From positions 3,979,308 through 4,043,307 of the forward strand of contig MU061578.1 in the NCBI GenBank assembly GCA_013265495.1: a stretch of DNA of 64,000 nucleotides, given 5' to 3'. Shown here in pieces: positions 32,501 to 61,065 of this stretch. The DNA comes from Vicugna vicugna (lineage: Eukaryota). Each line of letters begins with the position of its first letter. Within the stretch, counting starts at the first letter, position 1. The notes under the pieces were generated by a model, which saw nothing but the letters and a program-made list of their open reading frames with translations, made no database searches and had not been told where the DNA came from. The position numbers and the translations under genes were made by a program.

Positions 32501-35500
32501 ATCCTTTTCAGGATGGGGGCACCGTTCAGTAGAGGGGTGTGGGTAGGACAGCCTCCTGGAGCCTCTTGTGTCCAGGCACCCCTGAGCACTCACTGTGTGC
32601 TGGTCACCCGTGCTGAGTGGGAAGTGGAGGACTGTGCTCTCCCCCAGATCCCAGAGATAGTCTGTGTGGGAGGAAGAGGGAGGCAGAATGGTCAGTCTGA
32701 CCCCGTTTCCCCCAGGAAGTGCCGGTGGCTGGTGAAGATCGCTGGTTCAAGTTGGAACCGCGTTCCAGCGCCTCCCGCGTGCAAGGAGACTGCCAGCTGG
32801 TCCTCAAGCTGATCACCACACAGGTGGGAGCCAAAGGGGGCCTCCGCCCTGCAGCCCTGCACCCCAGCCCACCGGCTCGGGCAGGGCTGGTGACTGATGG
32901 ACCATGCGTTCCAGAGGGACACGAGCATGAGCCAGCGCGGGCGGTCGGGCTTCCAGTCCTACCTGCTGTTGCTCAGCCGTCTGCTACAGTTCGAGCACCG
33001 AGCCGAGGAGGTAGCGCCGCCCTCTGGACCCCGGGGCGGCCGGCGCGGCGTGGGGAGGGCGAGCTGGGGAGGCTGGAGACCGAGAGGGAATGGGGGTCTC
33101 CCGCCTCCACCCACGCCCAGCCCGCCCCCTAGCCCAACTCGAGCAGCTGGCGCGGTGAGCTTAGCGGGCCTGCTGCCACCGTTCTCTGCCTGCACGGCGC
33201 TCAGAGCAACCTGTCGGCGCTGCAGCTGGCGGTGCTGTGAGTGGGCGTGGCCGCGAAGCGAGGGGCGGGGCCTCGGCGGGCGGAACTGCACGTGAATGGG
33301 CAGGGCGCTGAAGGGGGCGGGGCCCTGGAAGGGGCTGTGCAGTGAGTTGGGAGGCGCGGGGTCCCTCGGGGGGCGGGGTCCGATGCGGCTGCCCTGATCT
33401 TGGGACGGTCCCGGCAGGCATTGGCAGGTTAGCAGCCGCCACCATCAGACCTGCACTCTGGACTACGGCTACCTGCTGGGGCTGCTGGAGGACATGCAGG
33501 CACACTGGGAGGAGGCGGCCTCGCTGCCGCAGGAGCAGGTGGGCTCGGCCACGTGGGCTGAAAATGCTGTTCCTAGATGGTGTGCTGTGGGGCCGTTTGG
33601 GGTGGGGCACAAAGGGAAGGCCAGAGTCCTGCTCCTGTGGGGTGCACAGCCGGCGGGGGCGGTAGGGAATTGAACACAAATGGACAGACTGCATGATCTA
33701 GGAGAGCAAGTGCTGGGCGGTACCAGCATGGGGATGTGCGATACTGAAATGGAGTTCCGCGGGATGGGAGCCATGCTGCTTCAGACCCGGGAGGAACGGA
33801 GGGACAGGGCCAGCTCTCAGGACTGGAGCAGAAAGAACTTCGGTGGTTCAAAGGCCCTGAGGGCATCTGTGCCTCCAGGGGGAGCTGTGGAAGCTGGGGT
33901 TGGAAAGGCCAGCAGGAGGAGGCACATGGGGTTGGAAGTCACCGCAGGGAGGGTGCTCTTCAGGGCAGAGCCTGGGGGGACTGGCTGGCCCTCCCTGCCT
34001 CACTCACTTTTGAAGGGCCCTGTCCCTCCAGGAGGAGAGCCTGGCAGACAGCTTCTCTGCCTTCTCTGAGTTTGGGCTTCAACTGCTGCGCCAGATCCGA
34101 GACTACTTTCCTGCCACCAACAGCACAGCCGTCTACCGCCTGGAGCTGCTGTTGAAGTGGGTGCAAAGGCTGGCACCATGGGCTGGGGTAGGGGACTGGG
34201 GGGGGCAGCCTCAGTCAACCGGTGGCCCCTTGCCCAGGTGTCTCAGCAAGCTGCAGCTCTTCCAACCTTCCTTTGAGATCTGCCCCTTTGAGACGGAGCT
34301 GAACATGGATGTTGCTGCTGCCCTGAAGGTGTGTCTGGTAGCTTGGTTTGGGCTAACCACCCAGTCCCTGCCCTGTGCCCTGCAGCTGCCCTGACCCCAG
34401 CTGGACCACACACACTTCATTGCCCTTGTGCCCTCCCACCAACCATGCTACCTTGGTGGCTCCCCTTGCAGAGAGGCAATCGCGACTGGTACGACAGGCT
34501 CCTGAATGCACAGAGCCCTCGTGAGCAGGTGCGACTCAGGGAGGGCGTAGCTGCAGGGAAGTGGGGAGGAGGGTGGCAGGTGGGTGCCGGCCAGAAGGTC
34601 ATTGTGCTGGGCTTCTTTGCAGCCAGGGCCACAGCGCCTTGCTGGGCTGGTCAAGTTGGCTGACGCTGTCTACGAAGACCTGCAGTCCTGCTACGGCATC
34701 TACGCCAGCCTCTTCCACAGGTGGGGTCAGAGCTAGTCCTGCTGCCCCTGCACCTGGCACTTCCAGGCTGGGGAGCAGGGCGAGCAGGTGTCTGAGGTGT
34801 GTCCTTTGCAGCATCATCAAGGTCGACTTCTTCACCCTCACCTTCCGGCAGCTGGAGCGGCTGGTGAGGAGGGGGAGTAGGGAAGAGGTCCTGGCTGGGA
34901 AGGAGCCTGATTTCCTTGTTGCTGGCAGCCTGATTCCACTCTCCTGAGCAGGTGGCTGAAGAAGCATGGGTGCTGACGGAGGAGCTGAGCCCCAAGATGA
35001 CCCTCGAGGTGGCCTCAGGGCTCTTTGAGCTCTACCTGACCCTGGCAGACATCCAGCGCTTTTGGAATAGCATCCCGGGCCGGTGGGTCTCCTGCCCTCA
35101 CCCCAGCCTTCCCCCACCCATCTTCTCTGGGAGGGCTCTGGGACAGGAGGCCAAGGGTCCTGTGCAGGAGGCTCTCCCCAGTGCCTTCTTAGGCTGGGAG
35201 CCTGTGATATGTTAGCTCAAGGTGTCTAGGTCAGGGAGAACTCTGACTGGCCTCCCACTGCAGAGACAGCCGCTCCCTCGCCCTGGCTGGCATCCACGCC
35301 CCATTCCTGCCCGCTGTGAAGCTTTGGCTGCAGGTGCTGCGGGACCAGGCCAAGTGGAGGCTTCAGGGAGCTGTGGATGTGGACACTGTGAGTGAGCACC
35401 CAGGCCTGAGGGTTGTGGCTCCACTGGGGTACCCCTCTAACCCAGGCCCCCTCCTGCTTCCTAGCTGGAGCCCACGGATGCCTCCTCTAAGCACAGCAGC

Positions 35501-38159
35501 TCCGCGGCCACTGCGAGCCTCTGCTTCAGCCACATCCAGGAGCTGTGGGCCCGCCTGGCATGGCCTGACCCTGTCCAGGCCCAGGGGTTGGGTACCCAGC
35601 TCAGCCAGGTGGGGAACTATGGATCAGGAAGTGATTGGGGTCTGGAGGGGCATGTCCAAAGGACAGCTCGTGAGCCCCCATCTCCCACCCCAGGACCTGT
35701 GTGAAGCCGCCCTCTTCTACACAGACCTGCTGCGGAAGAAGGTGGACACTCAGCCTGGGGCTGCAGGCGAGGCAGTGAGCGAGGCGGTGAGCTGGGGGGC
35801 AGACAGGTGGGCAGTGGTTGTGGGGGGACAGGAGGCCCGGTGGGGCCACCACACAACTGCCAGCCCACGTCTGTCTGGCACACCTTCTCAGCTCTGTGTG
35901 GTCCTCAATGACGTGGAGCTCTTGCGCAAGGCTGCGGGCCAGGCGCTGCGAGGACTGGCCTGGTCGGAGGGGGCTGCAGGGCTTGAGGGAGCGCTCCCAC
36001 GCCCCCTGCTCAGCTGCACGCAGGCCCTGGATGAGGACCTGCAGCGGGAGGCCCGCACCGTGACGGCACACCTGACCTCCAAGGTATGCAAGGACCATGG
36101 GACAGACATCAGCTGCCCCCTCCCCACACCCCTTCTCCGTGCTGAGTGTGGCCCTCCCTCAGATGGTGGGTGACATCAGGAAGTACGTGCAGCACATCAG
36201 CCTCTCACCTGACTCCATCCAGAATGACGAGGTGAGTGCCCCACCAGGTGAGGGCTTGGGCGCGGCTGGGAATGCATGTGTGGGGTGGGGGCCGAGACTC
36301 AGGCCTGAGGCCCCTGCCCGCAGGCTGTGGCCCCACTCCTGAAGTACCTGGATGAGAAGCTGGCTCTGCTGAATGCCTCGCTGGTGAAGGAGAACCTGAA
36401 CAGGTATGGTCCAGGGCAGATGGGGCAGGGCCTGGTCCAGGGCAGCCCAGGGTCTGGTCACCCCTGCTGTGCCCCTGCAGGGTGCTGGAGGCCCTCTGGG
36501 AGCTGCTCCTCCAGGCCATTCTGCAGGCCCTGGGGGCAAACCGTGACGTGTCTGCTGACTTCTATGGGCGATTCCACTTCACACTAGAGGTAGGGCCGCT
36601 AGTCCTCCCCACGCCCCTGCTGATCCTGAGCGACAAGGCTGCTGAGCTGCCCCACGGCCCTGCTGTGCCCTGCTGCCCCCTGCTGGGAAGCCAGGCCTTC
36701 CCATCCAGGACAGCGCCTCCTCTGGGAATCCACCAGAGCAATGTTTCCTACCCTGCAACCAACCTCTGTCAGCAGCACCTGGCATACCTGTTATGACAGC
36801 TACCTGGCTCCAGGCACTGGCATTTTCCCAGGCTTCCTGGGGGCTTCTGATGCACCCCAGGTGTGAGTGGCTCTGTCCTGGGTTCCTGAGAGCCCGAGCC
36901 AGGTGCTGCTCAAGGCTCCGTTTACCACCTTGGTCCCCAGAACCCACCGTGTCTGACATCTCTCCCTTCTTGCTCCACCTCAGGCCCTGGTCAACTTTTT
37001 CCACGCTGAGGGCCAGGGTCTGCCCTTGGAAAGCCTGAGAGACGGAAGCTACAAGGTGAGGCCTGGGCCTGGGGCCTCTGAGAGAGGAAGGGGGTGGTGT
37101 GGACATCAGGGACCGGAGTTTGAGTTCAGCCACCCCCATGCGTGAAATGGGGCGTGAGGAGCAGCACTGTGCTGCCGCGTCACCCAGCGCCCGCCTCCTT
37201 CCTGCAGAGGCTGGAGGAGGAGCTGCGCCTGCACCAGTGCTCCACGAGGGAGTGCATCGAGCAGTACTACTTGGACAAGCTCAAACAGGTAGTGCGGCCC
37301 AGGCGCAGGCACGAGGCCCCGCCCCGGGAGTCACCGAGCTCCGCTCACCAGCCCCCTGGCCTTTCCACAGAGATCTCTGGAGCAGAACCGGTTTGGGCGT
37401 CTCAGCGTCCGCTGCCACTACGAGGCAGCCGAGCAGCGGCTGGCGGTGGAGGTGCTGCACGCGGCTGACCTGCTCCCCCTGGACGCCAATGGTGCGGGCG
37501 AGGGGTGGGGCAGGGCGGGAGGGGCGGGGCCAGCCGGGCGGGGCCCGCTTACAGCTGTGTTCCTAGGCCTCAGTGACCCCTTCGTCATCGTGGAGCTGGG
37601 CCCACCGCACCTCTTCCCACTGGTCCGCAGCCAGAGGACCCAAGTCAAGAGCCGGACGCTGCACCCCGTGTACGACGAGCTCTTCTACTTGTGAGTGTCC
37701 CTCCCCACCCTGCCTACCCCGAGCGGGAAGCAGGACTACAGGTGACGGCCCTCCTCCCTTGCAGCTCCGTGCCAGCGGAGGCGTGCCGCCGCCGTGGCGC
37801 CTGTGTGCTATTCACCGTCATGGACCACGACTGGCTGTCCACCAACGACTTCGCGGGCGAGGCGGCCCTGGGCCTGGGCAGCATTGGCGGCGTCGCAAGG
37901 CCCCAGGTTGGAGGGAGCGCGAGGGCCGGGCAGCCGATCACCCTGCACCTGCGCCGGCCCAGAGCCCAGGGTGAGCCAGGGGCAGGGCTGGGCGGGGGCG
38001 GGGGCGGAGTGGGGCAGGGTTGGTGGGACCTGACGCCGGCCCGGCCCTCCCGCAGTGAAGTCAGCGCTTAGGATGCTAGAGGGCCGCACCAACAAGGAGG
38101 CGCAGGAGTTTGTCAAAAGACTCAAGGAGCTGGAGAAGTACATGGAAGCGGATCCCTGA
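29509..38159 (+). CDS. BAIAP3: BAI1-associated protein 3 (Munc13-like, C2A-MUN-C2B), 1153 aa, complete
   Basis: 33 coding exons, all GT-AG, summing to 3462 nt: 29509-29642, 29897-29984, 30157-30237, 30601-30708, 31182-31241, 31382-31448, 31558-31753, 31981-32025, 32152-32229, 32323-32425, 32716-32823, 32915-33010, 33133-33236, 33418-33538, 34032-34156, 34238-34328, 34472-34528, 34623-34720, 34812-34863, 34952-35082, 35264-35387, 35465-35608, 35694-35786, 35892-36083, 36163-36231, 36324-36403, 36481-36589, 36984-37055, 37208-37288, 37371-37491, 37567-37690, 37765-37970, 38056-38159. [17 protein letters not shown]...[10 protein letters not shown]2 motifs AKDPNGFSDPY and [21 protein letters not shown] present. 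Confidence 0.97.
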
Positions 38160-38428
38160 GCCGCTGCGGCCGTTAGCCCAGACCCTCCCCAAGTCCCCGT
38201 GATGTCCTGTCACTCTGTGGTCAGCTCTGTGCAGCCAGGGCTTGCGGAGGACCCTCCCCTGCTTCATGGTGTGCACGCTGTGACTGGACTCCCCAGCTCC
38301 TATCTGCCCTGGCCTTGTGGCATGTGCTGTGAACCCTGTATGCCCAGTAAGCCCCACCCCACTCTGGATCTGGGAAGCTTGGGCAGGGCCTGGCCAGCAG
38401 CTGCCCTCCGCAACCCTAGTAGAGAGAA

Positions 38429-38632
38429 CAGGGTTCTCAGTGGGGTGGCATTGCCCCCCAGGTGGTCCCTGGGGACATTTTTGGTGGTCAGTCACAAGCA
38501 GGAAGTGTTGAAGGTGGTGCTACTGGCACCAGTGGGTAGAGGCCAGGAATGCTGCTTGACATCCTGCAATGAACACTCCAACAAAGAATAGTCCACTCTC
38601 AAATATCACCAGTGACACAGTGGAGAAGTTTG
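38429..38632 (+). mobile_element. MER20-like hAT DNA transposon in the BAIAP3 3' UTR
   Basis: cagggttctca...gacatttttggtggtca...gctactggcaccagtgggtagaggccaggaatgctgct...acaaagaatagtcc...aaatatcaccagtg follows the MER20 consensus as recalled. Confidence 0.75.
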
Positions 38633-39306
38633 TCCTAGAGGAAGATCTACCTCTGTCTCCTGGGGGGTGGTGTGGGAGTGGGCTGGGAAAAGGCCTCACT
38701 AGGCAGAGAGGCAAGAAGGCCTGGATTTCCAAACTGGACAACCCAAGCTTTGGAGAGAGAGAGGGTGAGCATCTGCAGTGTCCTCATACTCTCCGGCTAC
38801 AGGGTTCTCCATCTTAGATGGCATATGGAGGAAGGTTTGCCCAAGAGCTGTATAGGTGCCCAGTCCCCACCTAGCTCATAGGCCCAGGAGAGGGTCTCAG
38901 GAGGCTGGTGGGTCTGTGTAAGGGGCTCTGTGCCAACTGTCTTAACTGTCCAACTTCTCATGTATGCACGGGTACCCACACAAGTCCTACTCTCCAGCCC
39001 CATCCCCTTCTCGGCAGGGTCTGCCTCACTAGAACCTGAGGGTCTGGTTGAACCCCCCCAGCCAGGTGGAAAGAAACAGAGGCTCACACTGGGGTGTCCT
39101 TGGCTTGCAGCTTCATTGGGAGTGCTCTGAGGCAGGACCCAGAGCAAGGCTGTGTTAAAAGTGCTGGGAGAGAACCTGGGCAGGGTCCAGTCCTGCTGGC
39201 AGATGCAGGGGGCCAAGGTTACCAGGCCTGTGTGGGTTCTCATCAGTTCTGCTGCTGTGTCCAGATCCCCTTGTCACTCTGCTCCAAAAATAGATGTCTG
39301 CAACTT

Positions 39307-41683
<2,377 letters not shown>

Positions 41684-41788
41684 AGCGGGAGCAGGGTTTC
41701 AGGCAGCAGCCGGGCCGCACACCTGCGCAAGCGCTGTACGCAACTTCCGGTTCCGGCGCGCGCGTGACTGTCGCGCTCACGTGACCAC

Positions 41789-41841
<53 letters not shown>
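41684..41841. promoter_or_regulatory. TSR3/GNPTG bidirectional CpG-island promoter
   Basis: Head-to-head ATGs only 158 bp apart. NRF1-like TGCGCAAGCGC 41724-41734, tandem ETS/GABP ACTTCCGGTTCCGG 41743-41756, CLEAR/E-box CTCACGTGAC 41776-41785. Confidence 0.9.
41791..41841 (+). repeat. (GGC)17 pure trinucleotide repeat
   Basis: 51 nt of uninterrupted GGC ending immediately before the GNPTG ATG at 41842. Confidence 0.97.
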
Positions 41842-55814
<13,973 letters not shown>

Positions 55815-55932
55815 TCTGGGGCAGAGCAAGGAGTCTTGGGCCCAAGGATGCACATCCTCTGTTCCTTCTGTTCCAGGCAGCTCTCCAGGTTATACTCAAA
55901 GATGCAGACAAAACAAAGGAAAGATTCCAAGT

Positions 55933-55938
55933 TTTAAT
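55933..55938 (-). terminator. UNKL: Candidate UNKL poly(A) signal ATTAAA (minus)
   Basis: Plus-strand tttaat at the end of the long AT-rich UNKL 3' UTR; T-rich downstream on the minus strand. Confidence 0.55.
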
Positions 55939-58173
55939 TAATTTTCATACTGATAAAAATAATTCCATGAATTCTGTAAACCATTGCATAAATGCTATAG
56001 TGTAAAAAAATTGAAATAAGTGTTAACAACTTTAAACAATTCACTACAATGATTATGCATTATAAATATTACCTGCTGGGTTAAGAAAATTCCATTCCAA
56101 TAACATTCTCATCTAAATACTCAAAACATACAACAGCTGGGGGCTTCCATAAATATTAACCCTCATGAGGCTTCTACACTGAGTCGAGGTCTGCTGTCCA
56201 GTTACACAAATGGTGTGAGACTGTAACATCACCACTAATACTGAACACCCGGGGGCTGACAGATCAGGGCAGCAAGAACAATGGCCTCACCGAGCACCAC
56301 GCGGCTGCGTCCGCTACACCCGGCCCTCCCCGCGTGCAAGACGGTGACACCCTGAGACGCCGCCTGCACAGGGTGGATACCTCAGACGACCAGGCCCACT
56401 GCAGCCAGGTGGCAGAGGTGGGAAGGACCATGGGAGATTGCTGCAGGTATGGCCCAGGCGCCCCCAGGTGGTTCTTTGGTCTTCCGGCTGCACACCGGTC
56501 CTCACAGCCAGCCCCAATCGGGGAGGAGCGAGTGCCCAGGGGATGTGTCTCCAGCCCCAGCCAGAGAACCCCTGTGAGCACTGCACCTCCCATCCCCCAA
56601 ACTCCACAGAAAGAACTGCCCAGAGTAGCTTATAAATACACCTAAAGCTTAATTGTTCTTGTTTATAATTTGAAAATGTCTAGCCTAGTCTAGATGTCAA
56701 TGATAAACATTGTCCTGTTAGCCCAAAAGAGACCGAAGGCCTGAGATGGGAAACAAGTGCATAAATATTAATAAAAATAAAGAATTTTAAACAGTGATAA
56801 CAGTAGCACAAAATATACTTAATTTCTAAGAGCTAATAAATCATCATCACTATAATTAAAAACAAAGTAGATTCACTACAACTGAGTCATAGTTACCGTT
56901 AGCAGCGGGTGGGCTGCGCAGGGCTGTGGATCCACCTTTAAATGACAGAACTTTCCTATCAGTTTGTCTTATGTTAAAAAAGGTTTTAAACCTCTCACTA
57001 TAGTAAATACATTCTAATTTGGTCACTGATAAAAATTTTTACCTAGTCGCTTTGCACTTTTAAAAAATGCTATAGAAAGTCTTTGGCACAGCCCCGGGCG
57101 TACGGGAGGAGGGTGCATCCCGTCCCTGCTCCGGCCCAGCCGTAGGCTCTGGGAAGATTCTCGTGCCAATATAGATCTGCCTCGCTGAGAGCAGAGTCCG
57201 GGTCAACTACAGACATCTTTTACTTCCTCCCAGATTCCCAGGAAAAGTGACCCAATGCAGACAGAAAAGTTTGAAGTCGTCACTGAACTCCAACCCATAC
57301 CCAGCAGCCTTTCCACCCCTTCTCAGCAGCCAGGTCCTCCCCAACCTGTGATCACACAAGTGATGACACCTGGATGAGGAGGTCCGGCGACAGGGTCACC
57401 CTGGAGGCTGGTGGGTGTCTCCCACGCGGGTGGGGTGACCGTGGGCGAGGTTCTGGGAAGTGGGGAGCAGCGCTGCCCGTCACAGTGCTCAGAACACGGC
57501 TGTGTGATATTAGCATAAAGCCCTCCCCGATGGACCCCTGCTGCCATTCTCACTGTCACTGCCAACAGTCCAGCGGCTTCTCCGTGGCCCGGGGCACAGG
57601 CACTTGAGCGAGGACTGAGGGGCGTGGCGCTGTCACCATGACGCTCCAGTTTACGTTAACGTGCACGTGTTCCGGAAGTGAGTTCCTTCCATAAAATTAG
57701 AAACATCTAAATGTATACGTGCCTTTCAATAATCACTCTGCTATAAATACTATTGGTTTGCACTTAATTTTAAAACTGTAAAAATCCTAGGAATTTCTCA
57801 CTACTAGATAAATGCTCACTTCATAAGTACTAATTTCAGAATATGAAACAATATATTTACGTACTATGGATTAACAATAGACTGATATGAAATACTCTGT
57901 TCACAGTACACATATAAAGCTTCATATTATCGCATATTAAAAACATGAACCTAAAAGCAGCTTATAGCAACTCAGAACATCTGCCTCTCAATTCCTTGAT
58001 CTACAAAGTGCTTCACGGGACTGAATTCCCAGGATCCGGTCACAGTAGTGTCAGGCCCGCCAAGCCCCAAGGGGCCATCAGGGTTTGCGAGGACAGTGCA
58101 AGACCGTGGAGGGGCTGCCCAGGGCCAGGGTCCCGACATCGGTGGCACTAGGATGTGGGCGGCGAGGCGGCTG

Positions 58174-61065
58174 TCACCATGGCAGGGGCTGGCCTGTGCA
58201 GCAGGGGCACTCGGGTGCGCCGGCTGCGCACGGCTCACAGAGCACACGGTGCTGGCAGGGCCGCAGGACGGTGCCGCGGGCCCGCTCCCCGCACACCACG
58301 CACTGCTTCGCTCGGAGCTGGAAGATCACCTGTGGGGGAGACATGGTTAGGGGTCCTCCCTACCACCGCCCCAGCCTGGCCTGGCTGGAGGAGGAAAGCC
58401 AGGGGTGGGGGCCCATGAGGACATCTGAAGATGACTGGCCTGTCCCCCTGGCTACAGTGAGCGGGCAGGGGACATGCAGAGCAGGGTCAGGCTAGGGTAG
58501 ACTCCCCTCCCAGGGGCTGCCCAGGAATGAAAAGATGGGGTTGGAGGTGCTTCATTGTGAGAACCCTGGGAGGAGGATGGGCTCCTGGCGCTGGAGCCAT
58601 CCATGCAGCGTGGGAAGGGGTGGCCAGGCAGGCAGCCACAGGGAAGGGGTGGGCCAGGATGGAGGTCCATGGACACCAGGATTGGGCTTCAAGGGACCCT
58701 GAATCGGGACCCAGCCCTCCACCCAAGAGCAGCCAAAGCCTGGGAGGCAGTGGCTGGGAGAGTGGTGAGAGATGTGCATCGCAGCTGCCTGGGCTACGGG
58801 CCATGGAGTGGGACTGTGCGTGAGAGGCAGGGCCATGGTGGAAGGTTCCCCACTGAGCTGAGGGCACTGAGTTTCATGTTGCACCAGAAATGTGGTAGAA
58901 TGAGCAGCCAAGGGGGTGAACAGAGACCCTGGAGGGCAACCCAGGGAGGGGGCCCAACACCACCAGGGTTCCAGCCGCATAGGGTGGATGGCATCCCCTG
59001 TCCGGGAGGGCATGGCTGGAGAGGCGAGGAGCGGATAGGTCCCTCCTCCCTCCGTGCACAGCCCTCAGGTTCCCCAAAAAACCACAGCCAGCACTCACTC
59101 CATCAACTGCTTCCAAATCCAGGCGCAGCTGACTCTGCAGCGAATGCAACTTTGGCAGGGGGATGGTGCCAATGTCAGTGCAGCCACATAGGCCAGGAAG
59201 CACGGAGGACAAGCCCCGGCCCTCCAGCTCCTCCTGCAACCGCTGGAACTGGGCTTCCACCTCCTCCTTCTTCTGTAGTGCCAGCTGCCGGGCGCTGTCA
59301 GCCGCGAGCGCCCGCTCCTTGGCCTCCTTGGCCTCCCGCTGCCACGCGTCACAGGCCTGAAACCCAGGGGCTGCAGCAGTCGGGGCCAGGCTGGAAGCCC
59401 TCGCGTGCCCCCAGCCCCCCATTTCAGTGGCCCCTCCTCAGGCTCACCTGCTTCACCTGCTGCCAGGACTCCTCCCACTGCCTGATCTTCCTCTTGGCCT
59501 CGTCCAGCTGCCGCCGGACCCGGGCCAGCTCGGCACTGTTTGGACTGGCGCCTGAAGAGGATGCAGGGCCAGTGTTCAGGATGGGGGATGGGCTGGGAGA
59601 GAAGCTTCCAGAAACAAAGTCCCAGATGCTGCCGGGGACGCCATTCAAGCCTGTATATGGAGAAGACAGGTGTCAGCCCAGTCATGCTGGGACATCACAG
59701 ACACCCCCTGGCAAGCTTTGGGGACCCCAGGCCCCACTGACAACAATGCCTGCGCTGATCTTTCTATCAGAAAAGGAAACGAGTTCCAGGTTTCTGCAGT
59801 GATGCTCAGACTCTGGTTCCAGACCCCTCATGCACTTAGAATCTGGAGAACCCCAAAGAGCTTTTGCTTACATGGATGACATCCAGTAACATATATGGCA
59901 TCAGAAATTAACATTTAAAAATACATACTCTTTTTAACACAGAACAGATCACATAAGATAAATAACATTTTTCAGTGAAGTTTAAACAAGGAACGGCTGT
60001 TTCCTGTTTTTGCAAACTCATCTGCTGCTGTGTTCGATCTCTGGTGACATCACACTCCCTGAGGCAGCCTGAGAAGCTCCACGTGAGTGAGGCAGATCCA
60101 ACCAGTGTCTCAGAGTCCCTGACACCCCACAGAGGCTGGCTGCGCCATGGCCACCCCCAGGGGCCCCCGCTCACCAAAGGAGTTGTAGGAGCCGCCTGAG
60201 GGCCCCAGCACTCTGGGCTCCGACTTGAGGGGTGGCGGCTGCTGGGGGGGCGTCATGGCCGAGGAGACGAGCGGCCCCGACAGAGACTGGGAGAAGGAGC
60301 CAAGTGGGGAGGCAGACAAGGATGACGAGGAATGCAGGGACGGGGAGCGGGGCAGACAGCCCGGGATGGCCACAGGCGCCGAGCCCCCTAGTGACCTCTG
60401 ACCTGCATGGAGCAGAGGAGCCGGGTTAACAGGAGGCAGCCTCCACTCCGGGAAACACCCAGCACTGCCCTAGCAGGGGAGCAGGTGGACACGGGGTCGG
60501 GGGGCTGCTGGGCGGACTGGGGGGCTCCCCTGCCCAGGTGAGATGTGGCCACACCCCTCTGTGCTCAGACACAGTGAATGATTCAGCAGGGGTCCTGGCA
60601 GAGGCCAGACACCCACGAGCCCTGCCTAGCCCACCTATCCATGGGCACGGTGGTCCCAGTACTTTCAGGGCCCCCCTAGAAATGGTTTATTGTAATATCA
60701 GAAGAAAACGATGAACTCTTAGGTCGAAGAAAATGACTCTATTTAACGTTAGCATATACGTCCTTATGCCAACACAGTGGTGAAACCTCCTCAGAAGGGC
60801 CATGAAGGCCTGACCCCCAATATCTCTGTAGGGGCTGTGGGGAGGAGGGGTCAGGGGAGGGCACAGGGAGGGAGACGGCCCCTCCTACCCTAGAACCACT
60901 TAAGGACTCAACAAAGGGAAGGCTTGGCCGGCCCAGGACAGCCCTGGAAAGAGCGCCAGTCGCAGGCATTACCTGTTGGTCCAAGGTCACCACCGTCATG
61001 CTCTTCCAGCTCCTTATCAAGGGGTGCAAGGTTTATGTCACCAAGGTGAAGGTCTAGGGCAGATC
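58174..61065 (-). CDS. UNKL: Unkempt-like E3 ligase / zinc-finger protein, last 5 coding exons (5' part outside window)
   Basis: Exons (minus) 61065-60973, 60402-60175, 59650-59448, 59356-59099, 58329-58174, GT-AG and in phase. SALDLHLGDINL...SAPVAIPG...GVPGSIWDFVSGSFSPS...RRQLDEAKRKIRQWEESWQQVKQ...RING CVVC...PCQHRVLCEPC...CPCC...PW*. Confidence 0.95.
59797..60120. mobile_element. Charlie1-like hAT DNA transposon relic
   Basis: cagtgatgctcagac...gaaccccaaagagcttttgcttacatgg...agaaattaa resembles the Charlie1 end as recalled. Confidence 0.5.

Noticed and set aside
35316..36173. 285-aa ORF inside BAIAP3
   Set aside because: Chance read-through of short introns joining real exons; explained by the spliced model.
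36708..36717. REST/RE1 half-site GGACAGCGCC
   Set aside because: The left half (TCAGCACC) is absent; a half-site alone is weak evidence.
57632..58186. Partial X-box-like GTCACCATGACGC (~57632) and GTCACCATGGCAG (~58173)
   Set aside because: Both lack the terminal RAC, and one is dictated by the UNKL Trp-stop codons.
58603..59802. 399-aa plus-strand ORF
   Set aside because: Antisense shadow of UNKL exons and GC-rich introns; no domain, promoter or poly(A) support.
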